Assembly (NCBI RefSeq): GCF_007559435.1
Contig: NZ_VMBP01000001.1
Location: 465,406-497,405 of the forward strand
Reading direction: 5' to 3'
DNA from: Ancylobacter moscoviensis
Lineage (GTDB): Bacteria; Pseudomonadota; Alphaproteobacteria; Rhizobiales; Xanthobacteraceae
DNA length: 32,000 bases
Part shown: in pieces, positions 15,469 through 22,593 of the stretch
Position numbering within the stretch: the stretch's first letter is position 1
Layout of the letters: every line of letters begins with the position of its first letter
Notes under the pieces: model-generated
The model's input: the letters and a program-made list of their open reading frames with translations, nothing else
What the model was told of the DNA's origin: nothing
Databases searched by the model: none
Position numbers and translations under genes: made by a program

Positions 15469-18400
15469 TCAGAGCGTGCTTGTGATTTCGGCGCTTCCGC
15501 CCGGACCGAAGACGCGCGAGACCTGCGCCACGCGCCATTTGAGCGTCGCCGGCTGCGCCCCGAAATCCGCGACCTGCTGGGCCGCCGTGTAGAGAAGGTT
15601 CGCGCTCGTCACCCGCGTCGCCCGGAGCACGGTCGATCCGTTGAGGATCGCAACGTCGTATTCCTCGGCCTCTTCGCCGAGTGGAACCTCGGCAAACCAG
15701 GAATCGCCGCCGATGCGGCTGCGCCGGATCCAAGAGAGGCGCACATCGCCTCCGGTTTCGCGGCTGGCCCTCAGATGAACCGGCGTGAATGGCTTCAGGC
15801 CGCGTCCGCCATTGGCGAAGGGCAGCGACAGCGCATGATCGCCGGCGGGCCCTTCCGGCACGGGCGCCCCCTTGTAGGCGATCGTCAACCCGAGCCGCGA
15901 AACCGAGAACGTGGGGCGCACCTGCCGGGCGGGGTCGAGCATGATGAAGCGCGATCCGGCCGGATGGGTGACGACCTCGCCCTCGGTGCCGCGCTGGCCG
16001 CGCAGGAGGCGCGAGAGGCGATAGCGCCCGGCGGCAATCAACTCGGCAGTCGCGAACTGGACGATCTCGTTGCCGATCAGCGCCGCGTTCGATCCCGCCA
16101 GCACCCGCTCGTCGGGCAGAGATTGCAGTGCGCCGTGGTCGAGCTGAACCTCGACGCTGTTCCCGCGATCCCAAATCCAGACCGGCCCGGAAGACAGAGT
16201 GGTCACTGTCACCCCCATGGTCGAGGCAAGCGTCGCCACGGTTGCCGAAACATAGTCGAGACCGTCGGCGGTCGGCTGAAAGAGGCTGGCGCCCCGGAAC
16301 CGCCCACCGCCGAGCGGACATGCCGCCATGTAGAAGGACGGCGATGATGCCTCGTGCGCATCAATGAGGATGGGCATATCGAGAAGCTCGATGCGCACCG
16401 GTGAGACGGGCTCGGGGGCGGCAGGTGGCAGGCTCCCCGACCCTGTCGGCGTCGAGACGAAATCCGGATTACCGCCATCGGTGGCCTGGCCGCGCACCAG
16501 CACGAGGCCGGGCTTGCCAAAGGTGACCGAGGTGACACGGTATCGCCGCAGCGCACCGTCGACCGGCACCTCGACAACGTCGGTCGGGTCAATCTTGAGC
16601 CCTCGGGTTGGCAGGCGAAGATCGATTGCCTCGCGTCCCTGCCACATCTCGCGCAACGCCCGCTGCCCGATGGTTTGCGCCTGCTCGACCGAAAGCACGA
16701 TCGGCAAAGAGAAGGTCGTCACGCTGTCGGAGCGGCCGACCTGCTTGCGGATGGTGACGGTCGAGGACTGATAGTCGCGCCCCTCGTCGATGTGGACGAC
16801 ATCGATGGCGATGGGCAACTCGGTATCCTGCGTGCGCTCGATTTTCACCCGTGAGCGATCGCTGTCGCTGTCCGAGGCGCCAAGATCTTCAGCATCGATC
16901 GCTACGATGCCACTGCCGCCGCGCTTGACGAAGACGAGCTTGCCGTCGCGCTCGACACAATCGAAGAAGTAGGCCGTCTGAAGCACCGCGATCATGTCGC
17001 GGATCGATTTGCGTTCGGTCACCACATAGCCGACGACCTCGTCATCAAGCGCCGAGGCATCGAACTCGGATGCAAGCAACCCCGCACGCAGGCATAGATC
17101 GCCGACGATGTCGGAGAGTCGCATGTTGCCAATCTTTCCGTTGATCCAGTGACCGAGCCGGTAGTTCGCCCCGTCGCTCCAGACATTCGATAGCGTCGGG
17201 AACCATGGATAGGGCCGCGCGTCCCAACACCAGACGAAGCGTCTGGCCAGCATCGGTCCACCATAGGCGGGCGAGACCGGGTTGTTGGCCGGGTCGCGCC
17301 AGTATTCCTCCGTCGCCTCGAGCGCGGCGCGTTGGACGACACGGTCGACCGCGCCCGTCGAATAGTAGGGCGCGAAGCTCTCGACCGATTTCGGGTCGAT
17401 GAAGACGTTCGGCTGGTTGGTGGCGCAGTTCACCGTCGGAAAGCCGATCTCCGTGAACCAGATCGGCTTGGCGCGCGGCGTCCAATCCGTCGGCGATCCA
17501 GTCGGGACGCCGGCGACCCTTGGGATGTGAGTGTTCTCCCACCACCAGCGCAGCGCCTTGATCGCCCAGAAGGGCTCAGAGATCGGCGACCGGATCGGCG
17601 CAAGCCCACGCCGGTCGAGATCGCGGTCGGAGGGGCTCGCATAGTAGTAGTCGACGAGTTCACCGCCCTGCCAGCCGGCCTTGATCGCTTCCTTGTCCTG
17701 GACAGCGCGCGGCGCGTCAGTCAGCGGGAAATAGGCGTCGATCCCGACGACATCGATACTCGGATCGGCCCAGAGTTCATCGAGCGGGAAATCGACATCG
17801 CCGCCGCCACGGTCGTGGTAGCGATATTCCGACCAGTCGGCGCAATAGGTCACCTGGCAGGCAGAGCCGAGACGGCTCTTCGCCTCTGCGGCGATCTGCT
17901 TCCAATAGGCCACGGCTGGATAAGCTCCGCCGGCGTCCCGGATGCGATTGAGGGCGACCATTTCCGAACCGATCGCAAAGCCATCGACACCGCCTGCCTG
18001 CTCGCAGAGCGTCATTCCGTGCCGGATGAGCCGCAGATATCCATCGGCACGGGTGAAGAAGCCGGGCACGTCCGCGGCGGTGCCGGTGATGCGCCCGCGC
18101 CACGGAAAAGGCGCCGGATCGGGCGGCGGGATGTCCATCAGGATGAACGGGTAGAACAGAACCTTCAGGCCGCGCGCCTTCAGGTCCTGAATCGCGCGCA
18201 CAACGGCGCCGTCGGCGATCGTCCCGCCATAATAGAGGCCGAGCGAACCGTCGGGATGGGTATAGGACGAGACCATCGGCCAATGCGGCAGGCCGGAGAT
18301 CCCACCATCCATGCCGAAGAGCGGACGGCCGATGCCGGCGACGCTCCAGACATGAGGGCGGCTCTCCGGCACCTGATCGGCATAGACGCCCGTCTCGCAT

Positions 18401-19317
18401 TCCGGGCGCAACGAACAGGTCGCGACATCGAGCGACGTGCCAAACCAAGCATAGACCAGCGAGATCCATTCGACGTTCGGCAGTTCGCGCTGCAGGTTGT
18501 CGATTGCGACCGAGAAGTCGGCGCGCTTCTGGCCGGCATGGGCGTTGATCGCCGCCTTGAAACCGCTGCCCGCACCATGCCGGTTCGAGAACACGACGTC
18601 CGGATCGTAGGCGAACTCGCCCGATGCCGGGATGAGGCATAGGCTCTCGACGAGATGGCGCGCATCCGACGTGCCGGCGGGTGATCCGCGAAACACCTCG
18701 ATCTCGAAGTTCGGAAAGCGGTTGCCGAAGGCGGTGAGGTGGAGATTTTCGAGAACGACATAGGCCGTGCCGCGGAACGCCGGCGTGCGGTCTGCGCCTT
18801 CGACCGCCTGGATCAGCGGATCGGGGCCTTGCGCCTCGTCGCCATAGTAGATGCGGATTTCGTCGATGTGGTCGGAATCGATCGGCTGGCCGTCGACCCA
18901 GATGCGGTAGACCGAGGTCAACGGTCCTTCGCCAAGCCCCAGCGCCACATCGGCATAGTAGTGGTAGCTGGTCGTGACGACGGTCTGCGATCCGCCGCCG
19001 CCTTTGCCGCCGCCACCGACCGTTTCGGTGGTCGTGCGCACCTCCTCACGGATGCCGCGCGCCCAGATGATGTTGGCCGGGATCCGCCCTCGGCCATAGA
19101 CGTTCGGCCGGACTTGCCCGTAGGCCGATCCCGAGAGCCGGACATCGGTGACCTTGCCTTCTTCCCGCTTCTGACGGTTGGTCTGTGGGCCGAACAGCTG
19201 CTGGTCGAGGATGCCGCCGATGGTCGCGCCAAACAGCGCGCCGAGACCCTGGCCGAAGGCTCCGCCCACCGCCTGGCCGAGCGCGCCGCCCGCCAGCGTG
19301 AGTACGAGCTGGGCCAT
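15469..19317 (-). CDS. Host-specificity / baseplate 'megatron' protein (RcGTA g15-like, with TIM-barrel-like glycoside hydrolase region)
   Basis: 1282 aa. The Gly-rich N-terminus MAQLVLTLAGGALGQAVGG, then TTTETVGGGGKGGGG, QGPDPLIQAVEG, the large central domain and the position after the g12/g13/g14-like genes all match g15-type proteins. Confidence 0.9.
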   Translation of the reverse strand: MAQLVLTLAGGALGQAVGGAFGQGLGALFGATIGGILDQQLFGPQTNRQKREEGKVTDVRLSGSAYGQVRPNVYGRGRIPANIIWARGIREEVRTTTETVGGGGKGGGGSQTVVTTSYHYYADVALGLGEGPLTSVYRIWVDGQPIDSDHIDEIRIYYGDEAQGPDPLIQAVEGADRTPAFRGTAYVVLENLHLTAFGNRFPNFEIEVFRGSPAGTSDARHLVESLCLIPASGEFAYDPDVVFSNRHGAGSGFKAAINAHAGQKRADFSVAIDNLQRELPNVEWISLVYAWFGTSLDVATCSLRPECETGVYADQVPESRPHVWSVAGIGRPLFGMDGGISGLPHWPMVSSYTHPDGSLGLYYGGTIADGAVVRAIQDLKARGLKVLFYPFILMDIPPPDPAPFPWRGRITGTAADVPGFFTRADGYLRLIRHGMTLCEQAGGVDGFAIGSEMVALNRIRDAGGAYPAVAYWKQIAAEAKSRLGSACQVTYCADWSEYRYHDRGGGDVDFPLDELWADPSIDVVGIDAYFPLTDAPRAVQDKEAIKAGWQGGELVDYYYASPSDRDLDRRGLAPIRSPISEPFWAIKALRWWWENTHIPRVAGVPTGSPTDWTPRAKPIWFTEIGFPTVNCATNQPNVFIDPKSVESFAPYYSTGAVDRVVQRAALEATEEYWRDPANNPVSPAYGGPMLARRFVWCWDARPYPWFPTLSNVWSDGANYRLGHWINGKIGNMRLSDIVGDLCLRAGLLASEFDASALDDEVVGYVVTERKSIRDMIAVLQTAYFFDCVERDGKLVFVKRGGSGIVAIDAEDLGASDSDSDRSRVKIERTQDTELPIAIDVVHIDEGRDYQSSTVTIRKQVGRSDSVTTFSLPIVLSVEQAQTIGQRALREMWQGREAIDLRLPTRGLKIDPTDVVEVPVDGALRRYRVTSVTFGKPGLVLVRGQATDGGNPDFVSTPTGSGSLPPAAPEPVSPVRIELLDMPILIDAHEASSPSFYMAACPLGGGRFRGASLFQPTADGLDYVSATVATLASTMGVTVTTLSSGPVWIWDRGNSVEVQLDHGALQSLPDERVLAGSNAALIGNEIVQFATAELIAAGRYRLSRLLRGQRGTEGEVVTHPAGSRFIMLDPARQVRPTFSVSRLGLTIAYKGAPVPEGPAGDHALSLPFANGGRGLKPFTPVHLRASRETGGDVRLSWIRRSRIGGDSWFAEVPLGEEAEEYDVAILNGSTVLRATRVTSANLLYTAAQQVADFGAQPATLKWRVAQVSRVFGPGGSAEITSTL

Positions 19318-19320
19318 GGA

Positions 19321-19956
19321 TCAGGTCACAACTTCGAAGGAGAGCTGGGGAAGCCGGTTGCCGTAGGGTGTGATGTGCAAGCGTTCGAGGACGACATAGG
19401 CGAGCCCGCGATAGGCCGGTGTGTTCGCCACGCCCTCGACCGCTTGGATCAGGGGATCCGGCCCCTGTGTGTTCGAGCCGGTGTGGACGCGCATGTCCCC
19501 GACATGGGCTGGATCAAACACATTGCCGTCGGCGAAGGCGCGCGGCACCGAGGCGATCGGCCCCTGGCAGAGCCCGACCGCCACGTCGCAATAGTAGTGG
19601 TATTCCACGGTCGTTGTCGTCGTGCTGCCACCGCCGCCGCCCTTGCCGCCGCCGCCGACCGTCTCGGTCGTGGTGCGTGTCTCCTCTTCGAAACCGCGCA
19701 TCCAGATGATGTTCGAGGAAAGGCGCCCCTTGCCGTAAAGCGCCGGGATCACGCTTCCATAGCTCGACGACTGGACGCGCAGATCCTGTAGCCGCGCCCC
19801 GTAGATCGTCTGATCGGGCGTGCCCGAGCCGAAGATCTGCTGGTCGACCATGCCCCCGACATAGCCGCCGATCGCGCCGCCAATGGCGCCCCCGATGCCG
19901 GGCAGCAGCAGATTGCCGAGGACGTAGCCGCCGATGGTGAGGACGATGCGGGCCAT
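19321..19956 (-). CDS. Stand-alone paralog of the g15 N-terminal domain (211 aa)
   Basis: It aligns end to end with residues 1 to about 212 of the downstream 1282-aa protein. Shared blocks are DQQ[IL]FG, NIIW.RG, RTTTETVGGGGKGGGG, YHYY.DVA.GL, QGPDPLIQAVEG, AYVVLE.LH and GNR.P. Its stop TGA lies 3 nt before the g15 ATG. Confidence 0.8.
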   Translation of the reverse strand: MARIVLTIGGYVLGNLLLPGIGGAIGGAIGGYVGGMVDQQIFGSGTPDQTIYGARLQDLRVQSSSYGSVIPALYGKGRLSSNIIWMRGFEEETRTTTETVGGGGKGGGGGSTTTTTVEYHYYCDVAVGLCQGPIASVPRAFADGNVFDPAHVGDMRVHTGSNTQGPDPLIQAVEGVANTPAYRGLAYVVLERLHITPYGNRLPQLSFEVVT

Positions 19957-20000
19957 GCTAGGAAGAGGGTTAGATTGAGTTGATATGGAGAATGTGAGCG

Positions 20001-20708
20001 GTGGAGCCGCAGCTTTACATGTGGTCTGGAACGCGTGACCTATTCCTGAGACGGCACAGGTTTTTCGTCGACCAGGTCAAGGTGCGGGTGCTCTCACAGT
20101 TTCAAACGATCGAGGCCGACGCCGAGGCATACAGCGAGTCAGAGTATGACAGGCTCGCGTCACTCCCAGGGGATGAGAACAGCGACATGGCTGATGTCGC
20201 CGAGGCTGCCAACGACCGCGGCCAGGAGTTCTATGGCCTTCTTCACGATATGAAGAAGCAAATGATGTTGGCCGCGCTCGCAGCCATGTATCACCAGTGG
20301 GACAAGGATCTTCGCGATTTCATCGAACGTGAGCTCGTGCACTATTACGAAGGAAAGGCCGTTGCCGATCTCGTTTGGAAGCAGGACGTCGGGAAAATCT
20401 TTGACCTGCTCAGAGAGTTTGGATGGGATTGTCGGGCCAGCTCCTTCTTCGACCGAATCGAGGCCTGCCGCCTCATCGTCAACGTCTATAAGCATGGGAA
20501 AGGTCGATCCCTTGACGACCTCGCTCGCTCCTTTCCTCAATATCTAAATCATCCGTTCGTCAGCTTGGCCGAGAAGCCCTCGTTCGCCGCCGACTTTCTC
20601 GATTATGAGTGGGTTGAGATCTCAGACGATCAATTTGACGAGATGGCGAAAGCCATTTCCTGGTTCTGGGAGGAGTTCCCTGAGCGCCTTTTTCTGAAAG
20701 TGAGTTAA
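20001..20708 (+). CDS. Orphan all-alpha protein encoded opposite to the tail operon (moron-like, function unknown)
   Basis: 235-aa ORF, starting at GTG 20001 or at ATG 20019 (MWSGTRD). Its GC content is visibly lower than that of the flanks. No family was recognised, and it carries only a non-canonical HEPN-like stretch, ACRLIVNVYKHGKG. Confidence 0.65.
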   Translation: MEPQLYMWSGTRDLFLRRHRFFVDQVKVRVLSQFQTIEADAEAYSESEYDRLASLPGDENSDMADVAEAANDRGQEFYGLLHDMKKQMMLAALAAMYHQWDKDLRDFIERELVHYYEGKAVADLVWKQDVGKIFDLLREFGWDCRASSFFDRIEACRLIVNVYKHGKGRSLDDLARSFPQYLNHPFVSLAEKPSFAADFLDYEWVEISDDQFDEMAKAISWFWEEFPERLFLKVS

Positions 20709-21148
20709 CCATCGGAGCCGTTCATGATGCCCGGCAGCCGAAAGGCATGCCTAAGCTTCGGCCGCCAGAAGTCCGAGAAGGCGTGTTGAACCACGCGCCC
20801 GGCTTCCTGGTAGCAGTGGATCAACCCGCCTTCGAGCGTGAGAAACGCGCAATGATGCGCAGGGCCTTTGCCGGCGCCGAAGAGCAGGATGTCGGCGGGC
20901 AGTGCATCGGCCGAGTCGATCTCTTCGGCGACGGCTTTGAAGCCGAGATACATGCGCGGCTCGGCGCGGTAGAGATGCCAAGTCGGTGTGTAGTCGAGCG
21001 GAATATCGACCTTGCCCATGAACGGTTCGGCGACGCCACGGATGAAGCCGATGCAGTCGCACCCCACTCCCTTAGCGGCGGCTTGGTGGTGCCAGGGCGT
21101 GCCAAGCCATGTGCGGGCCTCGGCGAGGACGTCGTCGCGGGTGAACAT
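20705..21148 (-). CDS. NlpC/P60-family peptidase (RcGTA g14-like)
   Basis: WLGTPWHHQAAAKGVGCDCIGFIRGV gives the catalytic Cys context, with HHCAFL and the rest following. A 1-nt TGATG overlap links it to the upstream hub gene. Confidence 0.9.
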   Translation of the reverse strand: MFTRDDVLAEARTWLGTPWHHQAAAKGVGCDCIGFIRGVAEPFMGKVDIPLDYTPTWHLYRAEPRMYLGFKAVAEEIDSADALPADILLFGAGKGPAHHCAFLTLEGGLIHCYQEAGRVVQHAFSDFWRPKLRHAFRLPGIMNGSDG

Positions 21149-21987
21149 CAGTCACGCACCGGATAGCTGAAAACCTTGTCATTGCCGGGGATGTGCGGCT
21201 CGCCCCGGAAGTTCAGGACGTTGGAGAAGCGGCTGTGGCAGGTCTCAATGGTCTTGTCACACCCGGCGACGAGGCGGACCTGGTCCCCGGTGGCAATCAG
21301 TCGGGACATCGGTGTGAAGAGCGTCACCGACTGCCCGATCTGGGACAGGATCTCGGTCGCTGCCCCGGCATTTGCGCCGGTGAGGAAGGTGCAGATGCCG
21401 AACGTGTAGAAGCCCGACGAGCGCGCCGTCGGCACAGTAAACGTGTCGCCGGACGCGACCGCCGAGATGGTGAGCGTGTCGGTGAGCGGCACGAGGTCCA
21501 CGGTGCATTCGGCCGATCCGAGATCGGTGCGGCAGAGCCGCGAATAGAGCTGGCCGGAGGTCTGCTGGAGCCGATTGGCGATGCCCCGCACTTCGGCTGA
21601 AAAGCGCTGATCCGCGCGCTTTACCTCGCCGAGCCAACCGCGACGCAGCAGGACGTGCCCTTGTGCGAGGTTTGCCCAATTGACCAGCATGATGTCGATG
21701 CGCGCGCCATCGAAGCGTCCCGCCGTCAAGTCCTCGGGCTTCAGGGCGTCATCGTCGAGAAAACCGTCGACATCGAGGTTGTCGACGGAGAGGTCGGCGC
21801 CGGACTTGATCGCGGAGGGCAGAAAGCCGGTCGAGGCGACGTAGTTGAGGCCGAGATAGGCGATGTCCTGATCGTGGTCAGTGAAGCCGCGCACCCAGCC
21901 GTCGGCGCGTTCGAGACGCCAGAGGCAGGCAAGCGTCGTGACCTCGCCGTCGAGATGAGCGGCAAGGCCGGAACTCATGGTCTTCAT
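21148..21987 (-). CDS. Tail hub protein, DUF2163 + BR0599-type C-terminal domain (RcGTA g13-like)
   Basis: Start at the ATG at 21987 (MKTMSSGLAAHLDGEVTTLACLWRLERADGWVRGFTDHDQDI). The C-terminus reads GDQVRLVAGCDKTIETCHSRFSNVLNFRGEPHIPGNDKV. Confidence 0.85.
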   Translation of the reverse strand: MKTMSSGLAAHLDGEVTTLACLWRLERADGWVRGFTDHDQDIAYLGLNYVASTGFLPSAIKSGADLSVDNLDVDGFLDDDALKPEDLTAGRFDGARIDIMLVNWANLAQGHVLLRRGWLGEVKRADQRFSAEVRGIANRLQQTSGQLYSRLCRTDLGSAECTVDLVPLTDTLTISAVASGDTFTVPTARSSGFYTFGICTFLTGANAGAATEILSQIGQSVTLFTPMSRLIATGDQVRLVAGCDKTIETCHSRFSNVLNFRGEPHIPGNDKVFSYPVRD

Positions 21988-21997
21988 GGGAAGTGGC

Positions 21998-22582
21998 TCA
22001 GGTCCTGATTTCGACGATCGGGATCGACGATATCTGCTGAAGGTGGAAGGCGGTCGCGACCACTGGCAGGTGATCGGTGTCGAAGCGGCACGGCACATCG
22101 AAGCGGAAGTCCGCATAGGGCGTGGCCCCAGGCGCGGACGGGAACGTCACCCTGCCGGTCAAGTGATCGATGGTAACGCCCATGGGCGAGCCACTGACCC
22201 GCACGATCACCGAGCCGACTTCGGGCTTGGTGATGAGACGGACGTCCTCGCCTGGTCCGCTCGGATAGCGTCGCACCAGCTGCCAGATAAGCGAGTTGGC
22301 GGTCGCGAGCATCGCCTGTCCCGCCGCTTCGAAATCCGTCCAGTCACGGAACCGGAAGCCATAGGCGCGGCCCTTGCGAGCACGGAAGAAGGCGATCACC
22401 TCGGCCATCTGCTCGCGAGTGCGGATGCCGGTGCCGATGTCGTAGCGGGCGCGTGCGGCCTGCCAGTTGATGTTGCGCTGTTCGAAGCCGGAGGCGACCG
22501 CGATGATGTCGGTCGAGTATTCCGGCCCGCCGGTCGCGCCGCGCGCGATCGCATCGGGAAACCGCACATCGTGAAAGCCCAT
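21998..22582 (-). CDS. Distal tail protein, DUF2460/TIGR02217 (RcGTA g12-like)
   Basis: MGFHDVRFPDAIARGATGGPEYSTDIIAVASGFEQRNINWQAARARYDIG matches the family N-terminal signature. The gene lies directly after the tape measure. Confidence 0.85.
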   Translation of the reverse strand: MGFHDVRFPDAIARGATGGPEYSTDIIAVASGFEQRNINWQAARARYDIGTGIRTREQMAEVIAFFRARKGRAYGFRFRDWTDFEAAGQAMLATANSLIWQLVRRYPSGPGEDVRLITKPEVGSVIVRVSGSPMGVTIDHLTGRVTFPSAPGATPYADFRFDVPCRFDTDHLPVVATAFHLQQISSIPIVEIRT

Positions 22583-22593
22583 CGGAACATCCG

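Noticed and set aside
14743-19317. Diversity-generating retroelement targeting the fibre / host-specificity genes (as in BPP-1-like phages)
   Set aside because: No reverse transcriptase ORF and no template/variable repeat pair were seen anywhere in the window.
15061-19791. Long plus-strand ORFs (15061-16347, 17332-18642, 18739-19791) and minus-strand alternative-frame ORFs inside the g15-like gene
   Set aside because: These are typical high-GC shadow ORFs, Arg/Pro/Asp-rich and with no recognisable domains. The 1282-aa minus-strand frame has clear family motifs and accounts for the region.
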